Positions 21,050-31,518 of a stretch of 64,000 nt of DNA are shown one piece after another (position 1 is the stretch's first letter; every line of letters begins with the position of its first letter). The notes below the pieces were generated by a model, which had not been told where the DNA came from, ran no database searches, and worked only from the letters and a program-made list of their open reading frames with translations. Position numbers and translations under genes: made by a program. The stretch comes from an uncultured Nitrososphaerota archaeon. Lineage in GTDB: Archaea; Thermoproteota; Nitrososphaeria; Nitrososphaerales; CADDZS01. The stretch is taken from contig CAWCYI010000004.1 of NCBI GenBank assembly GCA_963799845.1, positions 896,001-960,000 on the forward strand. Reading direction: 5' to 3'.

Positions 21050-21311
21050 CCTGTACGTGCTTGCGAGGATGATTGAGACTCTGAAAGAGCATGGTCCCAT
21101 GAACAGGACTTCTCTCGCGACAAGCAGCGGAATCGCATACGACAGGATGAATAAGTACCTCCAATGGATGACGGCGAAGGGGTTCATGGAAGTAAGCGAA
21201 GAAGGGACCGTGTCATTGACTGAAAAAGGGCAGAAAGTTTACGATGAACTTGTCTCATGGATTTTGCTTCACGTAGGTAGACTGCGGTTTCCTAAAATCA
21301 ATCGACTCTGA
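21012..21311 (+). CDS. Winged-helix transcriptional regulator
   Basis: RPDLYVLAR, RTSLA...G.AYDR..KYL.W, LTEKG. Confidence 0.75.
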   Translation: MNSGEKGPTSRPDLYVLARMIETLKEHGPMNRTSLATSSGIAYDRMNKYLQWMTAKGFMEVSEEGTVSLTEKGQKVYDELVSWILLHVGRLRFPKINRL

Positions 21312-21361
21312 GGATCTTCAAATTACATTTTAAGCAGTTACAGTCTTAGTGACGAACAAGC

Positions 21362-22162
21362 TTGATCATCGCAGTTCTGGGCGCCGGTAAAATCGGGGAA
21401 GCGGTTGCTAGAGGCCTGTCTGGTTCGGACAAGGTCTCCAAGGTCATAATCACGAAGCGAAATCTTTCGACGCTGGAAGCTCTTGAAAAATTGAAGAAAT
21501 TTGAGATCACATCCGACAACAAGAAGGCAGCGCAAAAGGCCGACGTTATCGTGATCGCGGTAAAGGCGGGAGACGCCAAGCACGTCCTCCAAGAGATCGC
21601 GGATTATGCGGAAGACAAGATTGTTATTTCGCTCATGGCGGCGATTTCGATCAAGACCATTCAAAAAACTCTTCCAAAGTCCAAGATTGTTAGAGCAATG
21701 CCGAACATCGCGGCGACGATTGGCGAGGCCATCACCGCCTACTCGACTGACCAGAAATTGACCAAGGAGGAACTGGCAAAGGTAGAGTTTGTCTTCGGCA
21801 CTTTCGGAGATAGCATACCGGTCCCCGAATCATTGATGGACGCAGTGACAGCGCTCAGCGGAAGCGGCCCCGCGTATATCGCGGTCATGATCGAATCGAT
21901 GGTTAGCGCCGGATTGAAAGTGGGAATGCCGCGAGACATCGCCTTCGTGCTCGCCACGAAAACACTCACCGGCACCGCAAACCTGTTGAGTCAGAAAAAG
22001 ATGCACCCCGCGGAGTTGAGAGATTCGGTCACGACGCCTGCCGGTACGACCATAGCCGGGCTGTACGAACTCGAGAAGGGTTCGTTCAGGACGAGCATCA
22101 TGAACGCGGTTGAAGCTGCAACTTTTGCCGCCCAGAAGGTCGCGCAGAAGTTCGAAGAGTAG
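21362..22162 (+). CDS. proC: Pyrroline-5-carboxylate reductase
   Basis: GAGKIG, RAMPN, TALSGSGPAY, VTTPAGTT. Confidence 0.95.
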   Translation: MIIAVLGAGKIGEAVARGLSGSDKVSKVIITKRNLSTLEALEKLKKFEITSDNKKAAQKADVIVIAVKAGDAKHVLQEIADYAEDKIVISLMAAISIKTIQKTLPKSKIVRAMPNIAATIGEAITAYSTDQKLTKEELAKVEFVFGTFGDSIPVPESLMDAVTALSGSGPAYIAVMIESMVSAGLKVGMPRDIAFVLATKTLTGTANLLSQKKMHPAELRDSVTTPAGTTIAGLYELEKGSFRTSIMNAVEAATFAAQKVAQKFEE

Positions 22163-22323
22163 ATTCTCAAATTAGTTAGGCATCTTATTCGGTCTTGGCG
22201 CGGAACTTAAGAGTCAAATCTTGACTCGCATGGAGTCAGTAGGTCAAAAGATATCTCGGATCCCGAGACATGAAGATCGAAAACGCTGCCAACCGTTAAT
22301 AGTCCTAACTCTCAATGCTCTAA

Positions 22324-23199
22324 ATGCGTTTTGCCATGCAGGCCGCCAATCCGCCCGCAAATGAGAAGAAAAGTAGTAAGTTTACGCTCATCGCTCTTGT
22401 AGTTGTTGTCATAGTCCTTTCCGCAGGATTTGGATTTTACTATCTTCAAGCTTCTTCCCAGATCTCCAATTTGAATAACCTGAACGCCAACTTGAGCGGT
22501 AAACTTTCAAGTGCAAATAGCAATCTGTCCGCAGATCAAAACCAGATTTCTCTTCTTAACTCTAACATTTCTTCACTTCAATCTACAGTGGCGGTAAACA
22601 AAGAGAATATCGCTTCACTCCAAACTTCTGTTCAATCTGATAACGCCACGATAGGATCGCTGAATTCAAGGGTCTTGGCGCTCGATGAAAACATCTCAGA
22701 ACTCAAGGGCAACCTGGATGCTGAAAACTCGCAGGTTTCCACCTTGAATACTCAAATTTCGATGCTCCAATCCAACGAGACCGCTGATGCCCAGCAAATT
22801 ACTCAACTTCAGGGACAGATTACCAGCGACAGTAGCAACATAAGCAACTTGCAGAGCCAGGTCAGTTCGCTAAACGGCATCACGTCAATGTCGGAAAAGA
22901 CCATGGAATTGACCAGCAAACAAGTCACGCTTCCCCAATCTGGCTTCCTTTCAGTTCTGAACTTTACAGCGAGTTATTCCGGATACATCGTCATCAGTTC
23001 GACATCTGCGGGTAATCAGACGTTCGCTCAATCGGCCGACCAGGTCACTTCCACAGAATACTCGGTTACCGATTCATTCTTCATGTTCAGCTATTCGCCC
23101 ACCACAGTCATACTACCGGTCGGACCAGGTCAGATCTACGTCGGGTACGGAGATAACCCCGGTTCAACGGCAAGTTTGACGATCACGTATTACTACTAG
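22324..23199 (+). CDS. Membrane-anchored coiled-coil surface protein
   Basis: Single TM, long heptad repeats (L..QIS.L), beta-rich C-terminus. Confidence 0.75.
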   Translation: MRFAMQAANPPANEKKSSKFTLIALVVVVIVLSAGFGFYYLQASSQISNLNNLNANLSGKLSSANSNLSADQNQISLLNSNISSLQSTVAVNKENIASLQTSVQSDNATIGSLNSRVLALDENISELKGNLDAENSQVSTLNTQISMLQSNETADAQQITQLQGQITSDSSNISNLQSQVSSLNGITSMSEKTMELTSKQVTLPQSGFLSVLNFTASYSGYIVISSTSAGNQTFAQSADQVTSTEYSVTDSFFMFSYSPTTVILPVGPGQIYVGYGDNPGSTASLTITYYY

Positions 23200-23361
23200 A
23201 AAAATCAGACTGACCTCGGCCTGCGATTGGTCAAGGTTTCGGATCGCAACTAGATTGGTTCTATCACAATGCGACTCGGCTATCGATATCTCATTTTCTG
23301 AATCCACTAATGCTTCGCCCAAATTATAAGGAATTATTTCTTCGAATGATCCAGGATTAGT

Positions 23362-24447
23362 TTGAACATCGAAGAGCTTCCCACGCCCTGCTTAATCGTC
23401 GACCTCGATTTGCTTGAAGAAAACATTTCCACGATGGCTAGATACTGTCGTTCCGTAAATTGCGGCTTGAGACCCCATGTCAAGGCGCACAAGAGTCCGT
23501 TCATCGCCAAAAAACAGGTAGATGCGGGTGCCCTTGGAGTTTGCGCACAGACCCTGGAGGAAGCGGAGGCGATGATGCTGGGCGGGATAGACCACGTCAT
23601 CCTCACGAACATGATCGTTTCTGGAAACGGACTAGACCGACTCATGAATCTCAGAAGGAATGGGGAGATCATCACTACGGTCGATAGCCTTGAAGGAATC
23701 GAGCTTCTGGCGAGAGCGGCGACTCGCAGAGGTCTCACAGTCGATGTCCTGATTGAGATAAACGTAGGCCAGAACAGAACAGGCGTTGAGCCTGGAGAAC
23801 CTGCGGCAAAACTCGCAACCGCAGTCTCAAGAACCGAGGGTCTCAACTTCAAGGGACTTATGGGGTACGAGGGCTTTCTTCAGCTTACGATCCCGGAGAT
23901 TGAGAAAAGAAAAATCGAAGACCACAGAGCGCTCGCCGGGATTTTCCGTAGCATCGATGCGGTAAGGAAAGCAGGTTTCGAACCGGAGATAGTGACGTCG
24001 GGCGGGACCGGAACGTATAACATCGCAGCCGAGTTTGAAGGAGTCACGGAAATCCAGCCGGGCTCATATGTGATGATGGATCACAGATATAACATGATGG
24101 AGACGTGCGGGACCGATTTCAAAAATTCTCTCAATATCCTTTCCACGGTAGTGAGCACGCCGGAAGATCGTGTGATCGTGGACATGGGATGGAAGTCAGC
24201 TTCAGTCGAGTACCAGATTTTTGGTTGGGACGGGATGGCACATCCGATAGGTACTAGTGCAAAATATTTCCCCGGCGGTGACGAGCACGGCGTCTTGAAG
24301 TTTGACGATTTGGCGAAGAGACCGAAGTTAGGCGATCGTCTCAGATTCATCCCGAGCCATTGCGACACGACCTTGAACTTGTATAGCAAGTTTTACGGCA
24401 TCAGGGGAGATCACGTCGAGGCTATTTGCCCGATTGCGAAGCGCTAG
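23362..24447 (+). CDS. DSD1 / D-threonine aldolase family PLP enzyme
   Basis: LPTP, RPHVKAHK, RTGV, GGTGT, EIQPGSY, DEHG, PSHCDTT.N. Confidence 0.92.
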   Translation: MNIEELPTPCLIVDLDLLEENISTMARYCRSVNCGLRPHVKAHKSPFIAKKQVDAGALGVCAQTLEEAEAMMLGGIDHVILTNMIVSGNGLDRLMNLRRNGEIITTVDSLEGIELLARAATRRGLTVDVLIEINVGQNRTGVEPGEPAAKLATAVSRTEGLNFKGLMGYEGFLQLTIPEIEKRKIEDHRALAGIFRSIDAVRKAGFEPEIVTSGGTGTYNIAAEFEGVTEIQPGSYVMMDHRYNMMETCGTDFKNSLNILSTVVSTPEDRVIVDMGWKSASVEYQIFGWDGMAHPIGTSAKYFPGGDEHGVLKFDDLAKRPKLGDRLRFIPSHCDTTLNLYSKFYGIRGDHVEAICPIAKR

Positions 24448-24591
24448 TCTTTTCTATTGGGATTTTTCCTTTCTCGATTTTCTCTAGAGTAACCGACCAG
24501 TTAACAAAGCAGTCCCAAAGTAAATAATGCTCATCCTCCTTTGGTTTCTCAGATTGTTTGGACATGAAAGATCAAATCTTTCGAAAGCATT

Positions 24592-25404
24592 TCACTTTCT
24601 CAGGTGCTTGTTGAAAAACACAACCGTGCTCTCCCAAGCATCCTCGGCCGCAGCCTTGTTGTAGACCGGCCTCGTCTCGTTGAAGAAAGAATGTTGTGCG
24701 CCTTTGTACACTTTCATCTGAAAATCCTTCTTGTACTTCACCATGGCTTCAACAATAGCTGGAACTCCTGCGTTTATCCCCTCGTCCTCGCCCGCGTAAA
24801 ATGCTAGAACGGATCCGCTTATTTTGGCGGCTGCTTCGATGGGCTTTGGGTTTGCCCCGTAAAACGGAACGGCACATGTGAACGGATACATCGTCGAGAT
24901 CTGATAGGTGAGCCCGCCCCCAAGGCAGAAACCGGTGACGCCCAGTTTTTCCCCGTTAACAGAGTTCAGACCCTGGAGATAATCCTTGCAATTCATGAGG
25001 TCGCTGACCATCTGCTTTTCCATCGTTTCCCGCCCCGCGAAGAAAATTTCGAAGACCTTTCTATCAGTCTCAGACATTGTCTTCATCAATTCCTGCATCG
25101 CGTTTGGATCTCTTCTTTTCTCAGGCGGAACCGTCCAGAGATGTTTCATCGCGCTCTCGATATTCTTCTCATTCATGACTTCCGAGTTTCTCGCAAACAG
25201 GTGCGGTGCGATTGCAACAAATCCCTGTTCGGCGTACCTTCTCGCAACGCCTCTGATCTGTTGATTCAGTCCGTAGGCTTCGTGTATCACGATAATTCCA
25301 GGCTGCCTGCTCTCGCTACTTGCATTAGATGGGGAGGAGAGGCATGCGAGCATTTCAGTACCGTCGTCACACTTGAAAGTGATGTCCCTGCTAGAAGATT
25401 CCAA
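24592..25404 (-). CDS. Dienelactone hydrolase family protein
   Basis: HEAYGLN, GFCLGG, FYG, D, HSFFNE. Confidence 0.92.
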   Translation of the reverse strand: MESSSRDITFKCDDGTEMLACLSSPSNASSESRQPGIIVIHEAYGLNQQIRGVARRYAEQGFVAIAPHLFARNSEVMNEKNIESAMKHLWTVPPEKRRDPNAMQELMKTMSETDRKVFEIFFAGRETMEKQMVSDLMNCKDYLQGLNSVNGEKLGVTGFCLGGGLTYQISTMYPFTCAVPFYGANPKPIEAAAKISGSVLAFYAGEDEGINAGVPAIVEAMVKYKKDFQMKVYKGAQHSFFNETRPVYNKAAAEDAWESTVVFFNKHLRK

Positions 25405-25518
25405 AGAATATCGAAATTTGGAATGTCTGGTCTCACGTATTATTTTTGTCGGCTTGAATTTGGCGAACCGGCAAGGAGATATTTCCCTTTTTCAATTGAG
25501 AGGCCAAAGAACGACCAA

Positions 25519-25995
25519 ATGAAGGCAATTGCAAAGACTCAGCAGGTTCCCATCATGATGAGAGACACCTCAACAGCTGACAGGATTCGAAATCAAGATC
25601 CGATAACCGTCTCGATCTGTGGCAGTTATCACAGACATCTGAAGAAGATGCACAAGCTGATCAAGGAGTGCAAGAAGCTCGGGATCGAAGTTCTGATTCC
25701 AAGATACGCGATCAAGAAATCATCGACAAACGGATTTGTCTACCTGAAAGGTGAGGTTGGTACGCCCAAACAACTCCAGGAGAAGAACTTTGACGCTATT
25801 GCAAGGAGCACGTTTATTCTAGTGGTAAATACAAACGGTTACATCGGAGCGAGTACTTCGATGGAAATTGGATTCGCTATCGCAAAGGGAATTCCGATAT
25901 TCTGCACCGACACACCGGAGGACTACGTATTCCGACTTTATACCGAGTACGGGAAAACCCTGCCGGAGATAAAGGATCAGCTTTTGAATTCGTAG
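25519..25995 (+). CDS. Nucleoside 2-deoxyribosyltransferase-like protein
   Basis: ICGS, LVVN..GYIGAST.MEIGFA.A.G.PI; start uncertain. Confidence 0.65.
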   Translation: MKAIAKTQQVPIMMRDTSTADRIRNQDPITVSICGSYHRHLKKMHKLIKECKKLGIEVLIPRYAIKKSSTNGFVYLKGEVGTPKQLQEKNFDAIARSTFILVVNTNGYIGASTSMEIGFAIAKGIPIFCTDTPEDYVFRLYTEYGKTLPEIKDQLLNS

Positions 25996-26109
25996 AAGCT
26001 TTAGTGATTTTCCCCCTCGTCTCTATCTGACATCCAGGGAAAAATTCGCCATCAAGCATTAAGATGTAAATACGCTCTTCAACTCCACCTGAGTTTCAAG
26101 AGTGTGCTC

Positions 26110-27303
26110 ATGGCCACAATTGTAGTGTGCCCAAACTGTGGTCATCATTTTCCCCGACCCTTTATCACGGAAAGGAGGTATGGATTGGGTTTCACCTTCG
26201 GTCCGCTGGGTGCGATAAAATGTCCGTGGTGCGGATACAAGGCAGGTTGGAGCGCCTTCAAAAAAGAAAAGGATGTTCCGCCCGCATCTGGAGACTTTCC
26301 TTCAGGCAAACCCTCGATGCCGCCGCCTCCAAATCCCGCCGAAGAGAAAGAAAAATCGCTCGAAGACACGAAGTACGGATCAATCTTGATAGTTGCGTCT
26401 TCGCTCACCAGAAGTTTCGGCAGCTTTACCGCTGTCGAAGATCTTTCTCTGGAGATTGAGCGCGGCGAAATATTTGGATTTCTCGGACCTAACGGCGCCG
26501 GAAAGACCACGACGATGAGAATGTTAACTGGTTTGATATCACCGACCAGCGGAACCGCAATGGTGGATGAACTTGACGTATCTTTACTTCGGAATATCCC
26601 TACAATTCACCGCAACGTCGGAGTTTTACCAGAGGTACCCGGGCTGTATGAAAACCTGAGCGCGTACAGGAATTTGGATTTCTATGGAAGACTCTACGGA
26701 TTGAGAGACCCCAAGCTAAGAGAGAGAATAACGTCCCTGATGAAGACCTTTGAGCTCTGGGACAGGCATGCTGACGTCGTCCAGACGTTCTCGAAGGGAA
26801 TGAAGCAAAAAATTGCGCTAATCCGGTGTCTCCTCCACGATCCTGAATACCTGTTTCTGGACGAGCCAGTCTCAGGCCTCGATCCCGAAGCCTCAAAGAC
26901 CGTGCGAGATTTCATACTCGACCTGAAGAAAAATGGAAAGACCGTGATCTTGTCAACCCATAACCTGGACGATGCCGACCGGCTGTGCGACCGAGTCGCG
27001 GTGATCAGGAAAAACCTGCTCGCGCTGGACACGCCGCTCAACTTGAGGACTCGGATGTTCAAGAGGACTGTCGTATTCCATCTGAAGCAGGCCGATGATG
27101 CAATCTTGCCGAAACTTAGGGCGTTACCATTTGTCCAGTCTGTCGAGCGGGTGGGCAACAAGCTCGTGCTTGACGTTGACACTCCAGAAGACGACAACCC
27201 CGAGATCCTTGAACTGCTAGTCAGCAATGGATACAAAGTTCAATTCGTCGGCGAAGTCAGACACACTCTGGAGGAAGTCTACTTGAAGTTGGTGACAAAT
27301 TAA
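26110..27303 (+). CDS. ABC-2 type ATPase with an apparent N-terminal zinc-ribbon extension
   Basis: CPNC..CPWC plus Pro-rich linker, then GPNGAGKT, FSKGMKQK, LDEP, STH, LEEVYL. Confidence 0.88.
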   Translation: MATIVVCPNCGHHFPRPFITERRYGLGFTFGPLGAIKCPWCGYKAGWSAFKKEKDVPPASGDFPSGKPSMPPPPNPAEEKEKSLEDTKYGSILIVASSLTRSFGSFTAVEDLSLEIERGEIFGFLGPNGAGKTTTMRMLTGLISPTSGTAMVDELDVSLLRNIPTIHRNVGVLPEVPGLYENLSAYRNLDFYGRLYGLRDPKLRERITSLMKTFELWDRHADVVQTFSKGMKQKIALIRCLLHDPEYLFLDEPVSGLDPEASKTVRDFILDLKKNGKTVILSTHNLDDADRLCDRVAVIRKNLLALDTPLNLRTRMFKRTVVFHLKQADDAILPKLRALPFVQSVERVGNKLVLDVDTPEDDNPEILELLVSNGYKVQFVGEVRHTLEEVYLKLVTN

Positions 27304-27304
27304 A

Positions 27305-28036
27305 TTGAACTGGGGTATTGTCGAACAAGTCTTCTTGAAAGATCTTCAGGAGCTGAGCAAGAATAGGTACGTGTTTTACTCGATGTTCTTCCTTCCGGTG
27401 CTTCTGGTTAGCATAACGATCATAGAAATCGATGCTGCGGTGACATCAACATCGGTGTCGACAACTGAAATATTACTCCTCATATCGACCCTCTCCGAGG
27501 TCATCATTCTTATTCCAGCGATAGTTAGCGTTCTGATCGGCTCGACCAGCGTGGTGATCGAGAAAAATAACAAGAGCCTCGAACCCCTTCTTGCAACACC
27601 GATAACTGATACCGAGCTCTTGATGGGAAAAGCTCTCGCTCCATTTATCCCGGCAATGATTCTTGGATATGCTGCTTACGGAGCGGTGATCCCCGCCGTA
27701 GACTTTCTGACCTATCCTGTCTTCGGGACTTACATCTTGCCGACGGGCATGATGCTATACCAGATGTTCGTGATGGCCCCGTTGGTCGGGCTCTTCGGTA
27801 CTTTCGTCGCGCTCTTCATTTCTACAAAGATTAAGGACGTAAGGGCTGCCCAGCAAGTCTCGACTCTTTCGATCATGCCTCTATTCCTCGTCCTCATAAT
27901 AGGATCTCTCGCCTTTGCCTCGACCTTTGATTTGTTAATCGTTCTCACTGTAATCTTGGTGGGCGCCGTCATTGGATTTGCAAGGTTGACAATCAAGCAG
28001 TTCAACCGAGAATCGATTCTAATTTCTTGGAAGTAA
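27305..28036 (+). CDS. ABC-2 type permease
   Basis: EK..KSLEPLLATPITD.ELL.GK, six TMs, F.RE.IL. Confidence 0.88.
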   Translation: MNWGIVEQVFLKDLQELSKNRYVFYSMFFLPVLLVSITIIEIDAAVTSTSVSTTEILLLISTLSEVIILIPAIVSVLIGSTSVVIEKNNKSLEPLLATPITDTELLMGKALAPFIPAMILGYAAYGAVIPAVDFLTYPVFGTYILPTGMMLYQMFVMAPLVGLFGTFVALFISTKIKDVRAAQQVSTLSIMPLFLVLIIGSLAFASTFDLLIVLTVILVGAVIGFARLTIKQFNRESILISWK

Positions 28037-28052
28037 GTTGCTGACTTCTAAG

Positions 28053-28724
28053 ATGAATGTGGTTATCTCCTGGAGCGGCGGAAAGGATAGTTCACTTGCG
28101 TTACACGAGATCATGAAAACTGATGTCGATGTCAAGGGTCTGCTCACCACGATCACGAAAGACTACGACAGGATCAGCATGCACGGAGTGAGAAGGGAGC
28201 TGCTCCGTCAGCAAGCGATGTCGGTCGGGCTCCCTCTCTATGAAGTTTCGATACCAAAAGACGCGGGCAACGAAATCTATGAAAAAGAGACTGAATCTGT
28301 TTTGCTGCGTCTGAAGAAAAGTAACTCGGTCTCGGCTGTTGTTTTCGGCGATCTTTTTCTCCAAGACATTCGAGAGTACAGGGAAAAATTGCTTGGAAGA
28401 GTAGGGCTGGATTGCATCTTTCCTATCTGGAGAAAGGACACCAAGAAGCTGGCGTACCAGTTCATCGAGAATGGTTTTAGGGCGATTGTCTGTACGGTAG
28501 ATCCCAAGAAACTCGATAAACAATTTTGCGGCGTTGAATTTGACGGATCTTTTCTGTCAGAAATCCCTGAGGCAGTTGACCCATGCGGGGAAAATGGTGA
28601 ATTCCATACGTTCGTCTACGACGGCCCCATATTCAAAGATCGATTGCGAGTCTCTATTGGAGAAACAGTCGAGAGAAACGGGTTTTACTTTGCCGACATT
28701 TTTCCTGTCTCAAAGGACAGTTAG
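28053..28724 (+). CDS. Dph6/MJ0570-related N-type ATP pyrophosphatase
   Basis: SWSGGKDS, MHGVR, FGDLFL, DPCGENGEFHTFV.DGP. Confidence 0.88.
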   Translation: MNVVISWSGGKDSSLALHEIMKTDVDVKGLLTTITKDYDRISMHGVRRELLRQQAMSVGLPLYEVSIPKDAGNEIYEKETESVLLRLKKSNSVSAVVFGDLFLQDIREYREKLLGRVGLDCIFPIWRKDTKKLAYQFIENGFRAIVCTVDPKKLDKQFCGVEFDGSFLSEIPEAVDPCGENGEFHTFVYDGPIFKDRLRVSIGETVERNGFYFADIFPVSKDS

Positions 28725-29345
28725 AGCGGCTGCGAGTGCGCCGTCTTCTGCAAGTGCGGAAGAATCAGCGCCGGTCACAATCACAACATCCCCGCTTTTT
28801 GGTTTTGAATTATTTCTTATCGTCGTCCATGGCCTCGAAGGTCCGAGTGCCTCGCAATCCGACGGTCCCTTTTCACTTGGTATCTTGAACTTCCCCGCAG
28901 AATAAATGACGGTAAGAGCACCCGTCGCTCCCGCTCTTATCGACGCATCGCGCTGTTCAAGCCCTTTCTTGATTCGTGGAGCCTTGTCGCGAACGATGAC
29001 CGACCAGGCAAATTTTCCCAGTTGTAGATCGCCTGCTTCAACCAAAGAGCTATAGGGGATCGCTCGGGAGATAGAGTCAAACTTCCTCCTTCCTTTTTCG
29101 GTCAGGGCACAACCCCTGGAATCTACTGTTATGAGACCAGCATCTTTCAGACGCGATATCAAAGTTCTAACTTCGCCCTGACCCAATCCGGTAACCTGAC
29201 CCAGTCTGAACCGCCCCATGCTGGAGGGAGAATTTCCAATCGCAAAGAGCGCTTTCAAGACATCGACTTCACCGTAAGCAGCCATGGGCCCGCGATAATC
29301 AGAGGCTAGAACTGCTTGAATTTGCTTCTTAAGCGCCGTTTCCAA
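28710..29345 (-). CDS. wHTH plus DUF4443-like regulator
   Basis: GR..L....GLG.GEVRTL..RL...GLI, LTEKG, GLEQRD..IRAGA.GA. Confidence 0.7.
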   Translation of the reverse strand: METALKKQIQAVLASDYRGPMAAYGEVDVLKALFAIGNSPSSMGRFRLGQVTGLGQGEVRTLISRLKDAGLITVDSRGCALTEKGRRKFDSISRAIPYSSLVEAGDLQLGKFAWSVIVRDKAPRIKKGLEQRDASIRAGATGALTVIYSAGKFKIPSEKGPSDCEALGPSRPWTTIRNNSKPKSGDVVIVTGADSSALAEDGALAAALTVL

Positions 29346-29395
29346 ATATGAGAACTCCTTTCGATACCAGAGGGCCTTTACAAGTATCTCTTACT

Positions 29396-30397
29396 TCAGA
29401 TAAATCTTCTTTCGGCCAGAGAATAAGCAGCAAACTTCGGAGTTTTGTAATCAGGGAAAAGTTCCGGATGGAGAATAGATGCCATAATCTCAAGGCCGTC
29501 AACGAGACGCGGACCTGATCTGCTGTAGTACGACGGACTGTCCATGACGAAAACTTTGGAATTTCGCACAGCTCGTAGGCTGCCCCAGCCTTCCTTTCCC
29601 GTAAGAGTAGAAATCTCTGAGAGAGTACGTTGGACATCGTAACCACAAACGGTCACGAAAATAACCTCAGGATCAATCTTCAACACTTTCTCCCACTCCA
29701 CGACGGTCGACGGCTCTCCGAATTTCCCAAGACCTTCTCTGCCCCCAGAGTAATCCACCAGCTCGGGCATCCAGTGCCCCGAGCAATAAACCGGATCGAG
29801 CCACTCAAGACAAAATACTGAAGGCCTTTGGACAGAACTATCCATGCATTTTTCCTTGACCTTGTCGACTCTACTTTCGAGCTTTGATAAAATTTCCTTC
29901 GCGCGCTCTAAACTCCCGGTGGCTCTGCCTACTTTCACCACGTCCTGCAGCACCTCTTCGAGGTTATGTGGTGTCAAAGAAAGTATTCCTGGTTTTGGAT
30001 TCAGGTTTGCTATCGTTTTCGAGACTTCGCGGAGCGGAGTGGCGCAGACTTCGCACAGTTCTTGCGTGATTATTAGGTCGGGAGCAAGCGATCTAAGGAG
30101 CTCTTCATCGATAGTGTAGACGGACTTGCCCTGAGTTACGCGTTCCAGGACCGAGTCGTCAATTTCTCTGCTCGTCATTTGAGTCGAATCAAACACCGAT
30201 CGCATCACCACTGGTTTTAACCTGATTTCGGGCGGATAATCGCATTCGTGGGTTATTCCAACCAGTTTATCCTCCAGCCCAAGCAGGGCCACGATCTCGG
30301 TGGCGCTGGGAAGAGTCGTAATTATTCTCCTAGCCGAAGCTCCGGTGTCTTCCGCTGGAGAACGGTGATCCAGATGTGAAGGAGGATAGAGACTCAT
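29396..30397 (-). CDS. BtuF-like cobalamin/siderophore substrate-binding protein
   Basis: LPSATEIV, THECDYP, PDLIITQELCEVCA, LEW.DP, GHW.PE, SRSGPRL. Confidence 0.85.
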   Translation of the reverse strand: MSLYPPSHLDHRSPAEDTGASARRIITTLPSATEIVALLGLEDKLVGITHECDYPPEIRLKPVVMRSVFDSTQMTSREIDDSVLERVTQGKSVYTIDEELLRSLAPDLIITQELCEVCATPLREVSKTIANLNPKPGILSLTPHNLEEVLQDVVKVGRATGSLERAKEILSKLESRVDKVKEKCMDSSVQRPSVFCLEWLDPVYCSGHWMPELVDYSGGREGLGKFGEPSTVVEWEKVLKIDPEVIFVTVCGYDVQRTLSEISTLTGKEGWGSLRAVRNSKVFVMDSPSYYSRSGPRLVDGLEIMASILHPELFPDYKTPKFAAYSLAERRFI

Positions 30398-30465
30398 TTC
30401 GTGAGAATGAATCTGGGATTCTTTTTCTTAAATATTGGGCTCGCATTCACGGGAGGTACCGACAA

Positions 30466-31269
30466 ATGTCCGAGCCTCTCAAATTCTACGATAATACGTA
30501 TGGTAATTTTTCTGAATCGATCCTGCAGGAAGTTCGAAACGAAGCGTTCGGCATGGACATCGGCCAAAATAGCTGGCTTACGTACGACGAACATCTAAAA
30601 TTCATCCTACATCTCAGGGCAAACCCACAATCTAGAATACTCGAGGTCGCTTGCGGATCTGGCCGTCCGGCACTAAGGATCGCGGAAGTTTCGGGCGCAC
30701 GGGTAGTTGGAATTGACATTAACGAAAAGGGAATAAACACAGCAAAGGAGATGGCTCGGGGGATGAAACTGGATTCTCTCGTCCAGTTTCAGGTTGCGGA
30801 TGGAAGCAAGTCACTGCCCTTCGATGACCAGTCCTTTGATTCGCTGATATGCGTGGATTCAATCAATCATCTTCCAGATAGACCGGGCGTACTCCGTGAA
30901 TGGCACAGAGTTTTGAAGCAGGGTGGGAGATTACTTTTCACAGATCCTATAACTGTCACGGGAATTCTGAGTAATGTCGAAATCGCGATCCGAAGTTCAA
31001 TCGGTTTCTTCCTTTTTACTCCTCCGGGCGTCGACGAGATTATGCTGAAAGAGTCCGGCTTCGAGTTGTTGGATAAGGAAGACCTGACCTCAAGCATGGA
31101 GATCGTTGCAAAACGGTGGCACGATGCTAGATCCAAGCGAAGAGAAGCTCTGATCAAAATAGAAGGAGAAGCTGAATACGAAGGCCTTCAAAAATTTCTG
31201 GAAGTTACACATACTTTGTCCCGGGAGAGGAGACTTTCCAGATTTGCCTACTTGGGAAGGCGACCATGA
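30466..31269 (+). CDS. Class I SAM-dependent methyltransferase
   Basis: LEVACGSG, GIDIN, LPFDDQSFD, RVLKQGG. Confidence 0.9.
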   Translation: MSEPLKFYDNTYGNFSESILQEVRNEAFGMDIGQNSWLTYDEHLKFILHLRANPQSRILEVACGSGRPALRIAEVSGARVVGIDINEKGINTAKEMARGMKLDSLVQFQVADGSKSLPFDDQSFDSLICVDSINHLPDRPGVLREWHRVLKQGGRLLFTDPITVTGILSNVEIAIRSSIGFFLFTPPGVDEIMLKESGFELLDKEDLTSSMEIVAKRWHDARSKRREALIKIEGEAEYEGLQKFLEVTHTLSRERRLSRFAYLGRRP

Positions 31270-31336
31270 TTCCCCAAGGCGCCAAATTTGGATTGGTTGT
31301 GATTCGATCCTATTTAGTCTCAAAAAGATATCTCGG

Positions 31337-31405
31337 AGGAGCCCTCTGTTCGAATCTCGGCTCAGATTCGAGAGGAATATGGAAATAACCCTGCTCTTCG
31401 CTCTA
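31337..31405 (+). repeat. Family-B-related element; first ~30 bp repeated at 44761
   Basis: AGGAGCCCTCTGTTCGAATCTCGGCTCAG vs AGGAGCCCCTCTGTTGGAATCTCGGCTCAG; local stem TCGAATCT/AGATTCGA. Confidence 0.7.
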
Positions 31406-31484
31406 CCCTCTTACCGTGAATCGCATATGATCATCTCAGATCTTCTGGTAGATCAATATTACCAGAAGGTCATTTCCAGGTGCG

Positions 31485-31518
31485 GGGGTCCCACATTCCG
31501 TACATGTTTACTAGTAAA
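31485..31518 (+). repeat. Family A repeat, degenerate copy 1
   Basis: GGGGT-CCCACATTCCG..CATG then TTTACTAGTAAA (31507-31518). Confidence 0.65.

Noticed and set aside
25141-25518. N-terminal extension of the 284-aa ORF
   Set aside because: It overlaps the dienelactone hydrolase on the opposite strand; recognisable similarity starts only after ~25519.
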